A DNA stretch of 64,000 nucleotides from Salpingoeca rosetta. Lineage: Eukaryota; Protista; Choanoflagellata. Below the pieces are notes generated by a model, which searched no databases, had not been told where the DNA came from, and saw nothing but the letters and a program-made list of their open reading frames with translations. The stretch is taken from positions 1,193,124 to 1,257,123 of the forward strand of contig JAWQFM010000006.1 of the NCBI GenBank assembly GCA_033442325.1. The letters run 5' to 3'. How positions within the stretch are numbered: the stretch's first letter is position 1; every line of letters starts with the position of its first letter. Positions 1 through 20,984 of this stretch are shown here, piece after piece. The position numbers and the translations under genes are program-made.

Positions 1-43
<43 letters not shown>

Positions 44-224
44 ACACGCACACACACACACATACACACACGCACGCACACACGCACGCACTCCCCCACA
101 CACACGCGTGCGCGCACGCACTCCCTCACACATACACACACACACGCACTCCCCCACACATACACACACACACGCACTCCCCCACACACGTACACACACG
201 CACTCCCTCACTCACTCTCAACAG

Positions 225-5795
<5,571 letters not shown>

Positions 5796-5813
5796 GGTTG
5801 GTCACTACGCCTC

Positions 5814-5857
<44 letters not shown>

Positions 5858-6660
5858 ACAGATTGCGAGATTGTCGCTTTGGTTGAGTGGTCAGTTGTGT
5901 TGCTGGTCATGTGGTGCTGTTGCTGTGCATGCCTTTGCTGGGCACAAGTGCGTGCACGCGTGTTACCGTGCTCGCCTGTGCTTGTGTAACGAGCCTAGAG
6001 CTCACAATCACTCCTATGTTGGCATTGACAGGTGTAGCTGTGTACACGACGGAGGTCTAGCAGGTGATGTGACATGACGTTACACGCATGTGTTGCTGCG
6101 TGCCGTCATCGCTGTTGTTGTTGATGTCGCTAGCGCTGCTGTGATTGCCGCTGTGCCTACCCTGCCCTTGTGCACTGCATGGCCTCTGTTTATACTTTGG
6201 GTGTCGCGGGTTCCTCCACTTCCGTGCGTTACTCTTGTGCGCGAATGTCTTTGCTCAGGGCTCCTTTTCTTATTTTGGAGGCGTGTGTGTGTGAATCACG
6301 CCGTCACAATCGCTTGTGTTACATTACCTGGTCTTCTTGGTGTTGCTTGCTTGCTCCGCATCTGTAGGCGCTCCTCTGTGCGGTATTGCTTCCCGTCTCT
6401 TTTGCTTGTTTTAGAAGCCCCTTTGCGTCGCTTCAATGTGCGTTCCTACATGGTCTGCACTTCACGTTGACACTTTCTCACTGATGTCGGTTGACTGCTC
6501 AATGGTTTGATTTGCTGAGGGGCCCCTCGGCTACTTGGGTTGCTGTTTTATCATTTCTCAACTACACGAGTGATCATGGTTGAACTGCAACCTCCATGGA
6601 TGTGTGTGGGGGGGAGGGGATGGTGATGCGGCGACAGGTTGGTGAGGTGCGCCGTGGATG

Positions 6661-8405
6661 TCAGAGGACAGCAGCATGTGCGTTGTGGCGGAATTGCGGG
6701 GTTGCAGCCTGTTCGGCACCGCTGTTGTCGTCCAGTTCCTCGCCACCATCTTGGTCATGACGCCGTTCTTGCGGCAGGGCGTCTGAGCCCGGTGCGGGTT
6801 GGTGGTGCTCTTCCTCGTCGCCGGAACTGGCCCGCACGGGCTCTGTTCCTTCCACCTGTTCCTCGACCTCTAGGACCTCGCCTGCTGCATCGCTGCGGCT
6901 GCTGCCTGAGGGCTGGTCGGCGCCATCACGGCTCATCCTGTTGCCGCTTCCACCGCTGTCGCCGTTGTCCGCGCTATTGCGCTCCTCGAGTTGCTGTGCG
7001 AGCATTGCCCAGCTGTGCTCCCTCTTGCACAGAGGGCATCTGCTCCGCGGAAGGTCCGTGTTTAGCCAGAGCTCCACGCAATGTGCGTGGAAGACGTGCT
7101 CGCAGGACAACACCTGTGGGTATGTATGTTGCGAGGGTATGGTGTGTGTGGGTGAGTGAGTGTGTGTGTGTGGGTGAGTGTGGGTGGGAGTGGGTTGCGT
7201 TGGGCGTGGGTGCATGTTGTGAGCTTCGTTTACAACGGGATGCGAAGACACATGATTTGTGGTGCAGTTGCGACATTGCTGGCTCTAACCCGGACTGTAT
7301 CGCCGATGAAGTACGTCATGAGGCAGATGGAGCACTGCCCTGTTGCATGCAAGCATCGCGCGTCGCAGACATCAGAGGTGAGAAGGGCGCCACGTGCTCA
7401 TACTGAACTGAACATGCCTTCTTCTTGCTTGCATGCATGCAAGCGAATACAGTATGACATGTTTGTGGCGGCATGAGTGTCAAAGGCTCGCGTGACGCTT
7501 TCACAAGCCCATTGCAGTGAAGCGCTCATCGCTTCCACTTCCCTCCCTCCATTGCTTCCTTCCTTCCTTTCTTTCTACTCAACCTCACCTTGATCCAGCA
7601 TGAAGATGTTTCTGGTCGTTGACATGCGGCGCCAGGCTTGCAGGGCGCCGCTGTTTTCAAAGTCGTAGTCGTGGTGCTCAATGGGCTGCAGTTCTTCGTC
7701 TCCACGGCGATTGCGGCGGCGGTGGCGGCGGTGGCGGCGGTGGCGGCGGTGTGCATACCACACTCGCCTGCAAAATGAGAACATGGCAGTCCGCAAGGAT
7801 CGATGCAAGTGCAAACTTGCAAAGGTGAGTACAAAAACTGCAGACTTTCGCACTGCTTTTGTGTCTGTGTCTGTGTCTGTGTCTGTGTCTGTGTCTGTGT
7901 GTGTGCATAACTTCGTGTGTCTTCGTGTATGTGAATCTCTCTTGTGTGTGTCTTGTGGGAGTCTTCGTGCGTGTGTGTATGTGTGTGTTCTGTGTGAACA
8001 ATGAGCGTGTTTTCAGGGTCACAGTGATGTTGTGAGGGATGGAAACGATCAGCAGAAGGGATAGTTGAAGAACAATGGGGGCTTGTGTTGCATGTAATGT
8101 GGCATGTGATGTGTGTGAGCATATGGAAGGAGACCCGTGCAACCCCTCTCATTGGAAAAGCAGAAGCCGCAGGTGAGAAGGAGATACACTCGTGCATGTC
8201 AACAAACCGCACGTTTTCAAGAGCCATCCCATGATAGTGCAGCTGCACAGCGTGAGCAAGCTCAGCAGTGCGAGCACGATGATGTACGTTGTCTGTGAGA
8301 ACATTGATGGTTCTTTGAGTTTGGAGTGGAACAGGCATGAGAGAAACTGAGAAGTGCAGCAACGGTCTGATGGCAACAAGCAGCAAGCACAAGATGCCCA
8401 CGCAC
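6661..8405 (-). CDS. RING-H2 finger protein (probable E3 ubiquitin ligase) with upstream hydrophobic segment
   Basis: Splicing exon ~7291-7340 (QCSICLMTYFIGDTVR) to exon ~6661-7112 (VLSCEHVFHAHCVELWLNTDLPRSRCPLC) gives a full C3H2C3 RING-H2. Upstream exons encode an Arg/His-rich stretch (~7589-7790) and GILCLLLVAIRPLLHF (~8400). 5' end is uncertain and may extend to ~8820. Confidence 0.8.
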
Positions 8406-8531
8406 TGTGTGAGGCGAGGTGCTTGCTTGAGTTGGTTGTGTGCTCACGTCGCTTGGCAGAGGCAGGTTGGGGTTGGGTACCTATATGCACCCAACATATC
8501 ACAGGATGACTGGATGAAGCAACTGTGGCAC

Positions 8532-8601
<70 letters not shown>

Positions 8602-8967
8602 CTGACGGCCGATAGCAAAGCCATGGCATGCACACAACTGTGATGCATGACAAACCCGATCGCATCCAAATGTACCCAACTATCCCCTCAGTCACAGCAC
8701 TCTCGCGCGTGCATGCGTGCATTCACGCTTAGCTTGCACGCCTTCATATGCTGCTGCACGCAAGCAAGCGTGACCGGCCGTCGCCTGCTTCGGTCGTGTT
8801 TACAAGTGCAGCGATGGCGCATCGTCTATTGAAGCCAGAGGAACGAACAAGCTCAAGCAACAGCACAGCCAACGCGCCGTCTCAAGCACCAACTCATGTC
8901 AACACCACACACAAAGTGCACACACACACATACATACACACGCACACAAAGAGCACACAGGGAGACT

Positions 8968-12113
<3,146 letters not shown>

Positions 12114-12387
12114 GCACAGTCACACGGACACACCAAAAACCCATCCAGCCAGGCAGCCACACAGCCACGCACACAGGCAGGCACAGCGCAAGCGAACCCA
12201 CAGTCATATCGCACTCACCACAGCTTCCACAGAGATGGGATCCATCATGTCGGCGGTGGTGTTGGTTGAGGATTTCATGAAGATGTTCGTTACTTTTCCG
12301 CACTCCGATTCCAACCCAACACCAACACCAACACCAACCAGAGACAAGAAAGCCAGGCAACGCGCGGAACAAGACAGAGAAGAGGCG

Positions 12388-12850
12388 ATGGAACCGCAAC
12401 CGTACGAACCGTACGCCCAGCCTGCTGATGGCCAGCAAGCGTACTACCAAGACCAGCACTACCAACAGCAGCAATACGATCAGCAACAGCAATACGCAGC
12501 AGAGCAGCAGGGCGTGCCCCAACAACAGCCACCACCACCACCATCGCAGGAGCAGCAGCAGCCAGCCGCCAGCGGAGATGATCTTGTGTACCGCGGGCCC
12601 GAGTTTGATCCAACCCAATTCTTTGGTGCCTTCTGGGTTCATGACGACAAGAACCCGCAGAACCACGGCTTTGAGGAGCTCAAGAACTTCCTGGCAGCTG
12701 GAAACGACTATTGTAAGGACATTGCCGGCGTGTTCAAAGAGAGGTACGCCTGCCTGTGTGTATGTATGTATGTATGTATGTATGTTTGTTTGTTTGTTTG
12801 TTCGTTTGCACACGCTTTTGTAGTGTTGCGTGTGCACGCTGTTGTGATGC

Positions 12851-12896
<46 letters not shown>

Positions 12897-13918
12897 TTAT
12901 GAGTGCGCGTGTGTTGGGTTGTGTGCGTACGTTCGTACGCTTGTATGCATGCGTGTGTACGCGTGCGGTGGTGTCTGTTCGCCCTTATGTCGGTGGTTGG
13001 CAGCACATCAGCGCTCATGTGGGCGGCTCGGGGTGGGGGGGGGGCAACAGCCATACCCATGACAGCACGGGAATACATGTTGCCAGCATTGAGGAGGGGG
13101 CGGGCAAACCTTTGAGAACTCATGATGGTTTCCTTCTGATTGTTTGACCATTTGACCTCCTGTCACACAGGGCGGCCATTGAGGATGCGTACGCCAAGAG
13201 CCTGCAGAAGCTCAAAGCCAAGGCGTCAAAGCTCGAATACTTTCCTCATGGGTGCGTGTGTGTGGAATGTATGTGTGTGTGCTTGTGTGTGTGGAATGTA
13301 TGTGTGTGTGTGCTTGTGTGTGTGTGTGTTTGTGGAGATGCGTGTGTGTGTGTGGATGTGTGTGTGCTTTTGTGTGCGTGTGCGTGTGCGTCATGGGGGT
13401 AAACATGAAGCTGTTGCTTCCTATCTTCAAGTGTGTCACTCATCTTCACTCCCCGGCACACACATGGTCCCGTTGTTTGCTGTGTCTTGGCCGCTGCTGT
13501 GTTTTTCCATGGCAGGTCTCTGCGGGATGCATGGTCGCGCATTCTGAAAGAGTTTGAGGAGCAGGCCAGCTGGCACAACCGCATCTCGGACATGTTCAAG
13601 AGCCGCATCTGCGAGTCGCTGCTCGGCTTTGAGAAGACTCTTCGCAAGGACCACAAGGTCAAGCAGCAGCCGGTCGAGAAGGCCTACGCAAAGTACATGG
13701 ACGTCGTCAATGCAACCGCCAAGGTCCCGAGCGCAAACACGAGATTGTCATGTCGGGATGTGTCATGTGTGCACGTGTGTAATCTCGTGTGTGTGTGGGT
13801 GTGTGTGGGTGTGTGTGGGTGTGTGTGGGATGATGTGTGGGTGTGTGTGGGTGTGGGTGTGGGTGTGTGTGTGGTGTGTAATCTTCTGTGTGTGTGTGGT
13901 GTGTGTGTGTGTGTGTGT

Positions 13919-13954
<36 letters not shown>

Positions 13955-13961
13955 GTTGTTG

Positions 13962-14029
<68 letters not shown>

Positions 14030-14050
14030 GCGTGAGTGTACGTGTCGTGT

Positions 14051-14122
<72 letters not shown>

Positions 14123-14443
14123 TTTATCATTGATTTGCTCGTTGAGAGGCCGTATGTGTGAATGTGTCGTTGTCCACGCTTGAAATTTCTCCACGGTGGG
14201 CGTCATCACTCATGCCATGTGCCGCTATCTCCGTTGCTGATGACACTGCCTGCTCTTCGCTTGAGCAGAGCCAGAAGACGGCGTTTTCGAAGAGCAGAGA
14301 CGTGGAGAGCGCCGAGTGCTCGCTGGAGGAGGCCAACCAGAACACAAGCGGGAAGTTTGGACCCAAGGACATTGCCAGGGTATGCATGTGTGCGTGCTTG
14401 TATGCTTGTATGTGGACGCGCCCATGTGTGTATGCGTCTGTGC

Positions 14444-14490
<47 letters not shown>

Positions 14491-14512
14491 CGTGTGTGTG
14501 TTTGTTTGTGTG

Positions 14513-14547
<35 letters not shown>

Positions 14548-15086
14548 CAACTCACGACTGTTGCTGCCCCGTGACATATCATGTGACACATTTGTACAGG
14601 CTGAGAAAGCAGTGAAGAAGGCAACGGAAGTCAGTAAGAACGCAGGTGAGCCGCTTAACTCTGCGTGTGTTGCACCGCATGTGCTTTCTACACGCGTGTC
14701 GCTGGCATACACACGGGTGCACCCTGCAAGCGTACACCGTTGTGGTCGAGTACAGCCCTGCACCGCGCTAACCACAATGCCAATGCGCGCTCCCCCGTGT
14801 GCTTCGGGGCCATGCCTTTAGACGAGGCGTACAAGAAGGCGCTGGTTGCCCTGCAGGAGGCGCGAGAGGACTGGGAAACGGCGATGATCCTCGGATGCAA
14901 GGTGACGCCACGCCCAAACACCACCTCTTCCTGTTGCTGTATCTGCTCTTGCCGTCGTAGCTTCTGGGTTTGGAACGTGTCTCTGCTGGAATTGTGCTCT
15001 GCGTGGCTTCCGTTTCACCGCCACGTTTACTAAATCTTGCTGTTTGACGCTCTTTGTCTTGTGCGTGTGTGCTTGTGTGTGTGTGC

Positions 15087-15134
<48 letters not shown>

Positions 15135-15404
15135 GAGCTGCAAGAGTTGGAGTGCAAGCGCGTGAATCAGCTGAAGCAGGTCTTCTACGATATTTCACAC
15201 ACGTACTCCTCGCTGCTCCCCGAGATCACCAAAGTATGGTTCACGATTCGATATCCCTGCTGGCATATCCACCTGCTCGCGGCGGCATCACCACTACAAC
15301 GGCAGAGGCTGCGTCCTTCACTGACGCCAGCAGCTGGTGACACAGTTTTTGTGTGCGAGGCCTCACGTGAATATGTACTGCTTTGCTGGTGTGTGCGTGC
15401 GTGC

Positions 15405-15454
<50 letters not shown>

Positions 15455-15630
15455 ATCGACTCGCTCAGACGTGCGAAGAGTGCACGACGTGCTCCGAGAA
15501 CATTGACGCCATGGAGGTTGTCAAGGCCGTCTCAACCAACAGGTGAGGTGCTGTCGCAGCACTACATGCGCGCCCACACAATAGACACATGAACACACAC
15601 ACACACAATTACACACGTACACACACACGC

Positions 15631-15686
<56 letters not shown>

Positions 15687-16270
15687 CTCCCCCCCCCACG
15701 TCCCACAACACAAGCATGCATGCGTCGGAGTACTTGCGCAGCGTGGTGTCGGGTGGACCTTGCGGGCACCACAGCTCCACATGCAGTCCATCGCATTGCC
15801 GCTGACCCGTGTCTGTGTGTTGACGTGTGGACAGGGGCACCGGTGCGTACGTGGCACAGCACGACCTTTACAGCGTGTATGAGGAGAATCTGAACCTTCC
15901 AATCAACTCCACCCGGCGTGAGCTCATCCTCAAGTCGAAGCTCAGCTACTGGAAATCCGTACGCCTCATTTGCTTTTGTTGCCGTGGCTGCACCATTGCT
16001 GCAACTCGAGAGGGGGGGGGGAAGCTGTTTGAAGAGGGCTTGTTTGTGTTCTGTCGCTGGTGTTGCTGGCTGTGCATTGGACATGTACACACTCACGCAA
16101 ACTGTGGGTGCTTCCAACCACGATCATGCTTGTCCTTGTGTGCATTTGGGCGCTGGCTGTTTGCAGATGGTTGCAAAGCAGCATGCAGACCGCGAGGGCC
16201 TCATGCGCCTGTGGGACGGTGAGAACACGAGCCACGTCATTCCTGACCCCGCACCTTTCTCTTGCATCAC

Positions 16271-16303
<33 letters not shown>

Positions 16304-16504
16304 ACGTACGCAATGTTGTGCTGTGGATGCACACCTCACGCTCTGCTCACCATCCCCATGACCTGCGCTGCAGCGTCAAAGGGCATACAGGCTGAGCGAC
16401 ACTCCAACATGAGCAATGTCATGGCTGTGAAGGTGCGTTCAGTCCCAGCTGCAATTGCGCGCTTGGCGTTCCTGAATTGTGGACACGCATACACACACAC
16501 ACAC

Positions 16505-16539
<35 letters not shown>

Positions 16540-17511
16540 CACACAACACACACACACACACACACAGTGCAATGTTGTTTCATCACGGCAACCACAATTG
16601 CTTCACGCATTGATTGTGTCTTGTGCGTTCTGTCGATGCGTAGCGCAAGTTGGTTGCGTCCGACTTCCAGCTCGTGGCTGTTCACGCGACCGTGTTCAAG
16701 ATTCGTTCCGCCCTCTACAGTACGTCTCTCTTGTGTGCGCGTGTGTGTGCATGGAGCAGAGGAGACAGGGGGAGATACTGCGCCATGCCTCCCCCACCCC
16801 CTTAGCTTGTATTGATTCCACGCCTTTTCATGATGCCATGAACAGATTGCAAAGGCCAAAAGGCGCCACAGCACAGCCTGCAGCCCTATCTTCGTGCTGT
16901 TGAGGACAAGGTAATAGTGACACTGCTTGTGCGTGTGTTCATGTATGCGCATGTGTGTGCATGTATGTGCATGCGTGTGCATGTATGTGCATGCGTGTGC
17001 ATGTATGTGCATGCGTGTACATGTATGTGCATGCGTGTGCATGTGCGTGCATGTTTGCACATGTATGTGTGTACGTATGTGTGTGCGTGTGTATTTGCGT
17101 GTTTGGTGGCCTCACTGCATGTGTTTTGATGCATGTATGCGTATGATTGCGCACGCGGTCTTGTCCAGGGATGCATGCGGTACCGGCTTGTGCTGCCGCC
17201 CGAGTACAACATCGATCCCCAGGCGCTGCTGGAGGAGGAGAACCGGCTTTCCCAGAACGACAGTCAGTTTGGGATTGCGCCCGGTATTGAGGTCGTGTCG
17301 TCTGCTGCGCAGGCATACGGCAACATGCCGCCCACCTCCCCGCAACCAGACACGAACGAGGGCTATGGCGTCATCACCAACGGCCAAGGTGCGCGCGCGT
17401 ATGTGTGTGTGTGTTTCTTTGTTTGTGGGTTGGGGTGGGATATGCTTTCTGCTTCTTGCTATGGCACTGCGTCCCATGTTATGAAATTGCCGCCAGTACG
17501 ACGACGACGAC

Positions 17512-17556
<45 letters not shown>

Positions 17557-17561
17557 TCATC

Positions 17562-17595
<34 letters not shown>

Positions 17596-18617
17596 TCATC
17601 AACAACAACAACAACAACAACAGCAACAACAACAACAGCAACAGCAACAAGCTGCACGCAACAAGCAACGAGACGTACTAACTGGAGTTGTTGTTGCGTG
17701 CTCGCCGATAGGCTATGCCCAGGCGCAGGACAGCGACGACGACTTTTCGGACGATGATGACGACTTTAGCGACACGGACGTGCCTGCACACGCGCCACCA
17801 GCACAACCTCAGTTCCAACAGCCGCCACCCCAGCAACAAGGTGCACCGGCCCCACCGCCGCCTCCTCCGCCGCCGTCTTCGCAACCCCAGCAGCATGGGG
17901 CACCAGCGCCAGCACCGCCGCCGCCGCCACCGCCCATGCCGAGCGGGCAGGATGCGTACTATGGAGACGTCGCGTCGCAGCCGCAGCCGCAGCAAGAGGA
18001 GATGTATGGTGATGTGCCGACATACCAGCAGCAACAACAGCCGCCATCACAACAAGGAGGTGCGTGCGCGTGGGTGATGCGCTGCTGGTGGTGGTTTGTG
18101 TGTCGACATGTCTTCTTCTTTTTCTTTTTCCTCTTCTTCTTCCGCCTTTGTGCCCTTTTGGTGTGCCATTCAACGCTTCACAATTCTCCTTTCTCACAGC
18201 GCACCCGCGTCTGCGCCTGCTTCCTTCTCGTTTCTGGCTGCTTGTGTTTCCGTGCTTGGCCACAAACACAGCTGGACAATGCCGCGTGCTGTATGACTAC
18301 GACGCCCAGGAAAGCGATGAGCTGTCCATTCGGTAAGATGTTCAGTGCGGCCTACAATACGATGCGGTGTGGTACACACACACACACGCACGCACGCACA
18401 CACACACACGTACGCACGCACGCACGCACGCACGCACACGCGCACACACACACACACACACCAACAAGCTCACGTTTTTCTCTCTTGTTTTGTCGTGGCA
18501 GCGCTGGTGATGTGATCACCCTGACAGACACGTCCGATGACGTGTGGTGGCAAGGTGTGTTGGCAACCACAAACCAAACTGGCATGTTTTCCGCGCGAAT
18601 ACGTGCAGATGATGTGA
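12388..18617 (+). CDS. F-BAR + HR1-like coiled coil + Pro-rich + SH3 protein (NOSTRIN/CIP4-like)
   Basis: FCH motif FFGAFW...[37 protein letters not shown]; central REGLMRLW helix; acidic and poly-Pro region ~17712-18059; SH3 [33 protein letters not shown]...TGMF. The canonical SH3 end FPREYVQ needs removal of one T at 18587-18590 (stop 18615-18617). Confidence 0.88.
15630..15685. repeat. (CAT)n microsatellite, intronic
   Basis: Direct reading. Confidence 0.95.
17511..17650. repeat. (CAA)n microsatellite, intronic in F-BAR gene
   Basis: Direct reading; lies between donor ~17389 and acceptor ~17711. Confidence 0.9.
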
Positions 18618-19777
18618 TGTGCAGGCAGTGTGGCATCCCGTGTCACATCACTCCTGTACGATTTGACTTTCTTTTTTCTTTCTTCACTCATTTTATGATC
18701 AGCTTTCTGTGTGTGTGTGCGTGTGTGTGTGTGTGTGTGTGTTGTTTGTGTACGTGTGTGTGTGTGTGTGTGTGTTGTTGTGTTGTTGTGCGTGTTCGTC
18801 CTTGATACATGAAGGTTCAGCCTACGATAGCGCGTTTAGTGACAGAGCTGGATATCCCGGAGGGGGATCCCCCACAATGGGCACGGTTATTGTACTAGCT
18901 TATATCCCACCAGGGTCTTCTGAATGCAGATGACGCAATTGTGGAGTTAAAGGGGTTCATTCTGAGCACACTGTTACGGCCGATGAGTCGTAAGTGTGTG
19001 TGTGTGTGTGTGTGTGTTTGTGTACGTGTGTGTGTGTGTGTGTGTGTGTTTGTGTGTTTGTGCGTGTTGCCTTGCATGACGACGACGGCTTGTGTGAAAA
19101 ACTCAAACGTTCCCATCCATCCATCTTCAAAAATAAAATGCCAGAAGGACGTGCGACGTTTTGTGGAAAGCTTTCACAAACAATCGCTTGTTTATGTTGT
19201 TGGTCATGTGCTTGCAAGCAAGCCCCGCAGCAGTAACAAGCAGGAAGCCAGCGAAGAGTAAGCGACATCGCCATTCCTTGCGTGTTGTCCCCCCCCCCTC
19301 CTCTCGTTCCCCGCCATTACCAACACGCTCTTCTCCACCACCACACACGAAGCAACGAGTGTCAAGACCAAAGGCGACTAACGCCACACCACTCCCAGCT
19401 CTCGTCTTCCCACGAGCGACCCCAATGTATGCCGTCGTGTTGCTGAGTGTGGGAGTTTGGATGTGTTTGCACTGCTTTGCTTGTCGAGTTTGGTGCGGTG
19501 CGCTGCGGCACTCTCTGCTCAATAGGCACGCCTGTGTGTTGTGTTGTTGTGTTGTTGGGTTTCTCACACACACCCATACACACACCCATACACACACCCA
19601 TACACACACACTCTCTCTCTCTCTCTCTCACCTCTCTCTCTCTCTATCTCTCTCAATCTCCTCATCTCTCTCTCAATCTCTCTCTCTCAAACTCTCTCTC
19701 TCTCACACACTCACACACACATTTACAATCCCTTGAGGGTATTCAGGCGTGGCCAGACAAGTGCCCGCATCAGCGTC

Positions 19778-20438
19778 ATGTTTGGCGTTCTGGTGGCAGG
19801 TGCCCTGCTGCTGCTGCTGTCAACAACGTCTGTGGCCGGCCAGAATGCGACCACGTCAACCCAAACAGGGTTTACCACCACCGCCGCCACCTCAACGACG
19901 ACGACGACGAGCACAACCACAACCACAACAACCACAACCACAACCACAACCACAACAACCACCACGACCACTACTACCACTCTTGCTCGTGCAGGTTTGT
20001 TGTTCGGATACGCGATACCTTGATACTATTTGCTGGACAATGCAAACACATGTCTTCACAAGTACGTACATCGGGCACACACCCGCGCTGACAGACACCC
20101 ACGCTCATATGCGCTTACGAACACACACTGTCCTCCGTTGCAGTGAGCCCCAAGGTGCAAACTGTAGATGGCAACTTGGAGTTGATTGTCCCGTCCGGTA
20201 TCGTTGTCTTCCGCGAGGGCGAAGCCGAAACCACTCTCTCTTCGTAAGTACGCTCACCACACCCCAACTCGCTCGCTCAGTACACCAATACCAATGTACT
20301 CAAGTTCCACTGTTGTCTTGTATTGCTGGATTTGTGCTGACCTGCGTTCCATCGCGCGTCTGGTCACCTGCTTGCATTGTGCACTCTGGTTCGCATCAGC
20401 CCTCTCCGAAAGTTGTCTTACGCCCTCCCTGCCCCAAA

Positions 20439-20493
<55 letters not shown>

Positions 20494-20910
20494 CACACAC
20501 ACGCACACACACGTGCTTGCCTAGTCTTCGCAACGACATTGATGTTCGTGTGGATGCAGTGGATGTCAAGCACACCATGAGCACACAAGTCTTGCGGTCT
20601 GATCTCGACACTGAGGCGGTATGCACCTACCTATGCACGATGAGCGCGCGGCTTGGGATGACTTGGTTCTTGTTGTTGCTGCTAGTCTGGGTCCCATCAC
20701 TAGTTTGTGAAGGATTACTGACCATGCCCGTGGCATCGGGTTTCTGCCCACTCGCACGCACGCACGCGCACGCATGCAGGCAACGCGGGAAAGATCAATT
20801 GGCTCCCTTGAGGCAGCCATTGAATCGACGTCCCAGTTTGTCAATGGCAACCTGGCTGGCAAAGCCCAAAGCCTGTGCGTTCCCCCACATGCTGCTGCTT
20901 CCCGTGTGTG

Positions 20911-20984
<74 letters not shown>

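Noticed and set aside
17405-17700. Poly-Gln tract in the 466-aa ORF as part of the F-BAR protein
   Set aside because: The (CAA)n lies between a donor (~17389) and an acceptor (~17711), so it is intronic.
18800-18970. Resemblance to RNase MRP P4 (ggatcccc / ggggttcattct), to U1 (aattgtgg Sm-like site) and to a SECIS
   Set aside because: MRP spacing is too short with no GARAR loop, the U1 5' ACUUACCUG is absent, and the SECIS helix does not pair. Kept only as an unassigned island.
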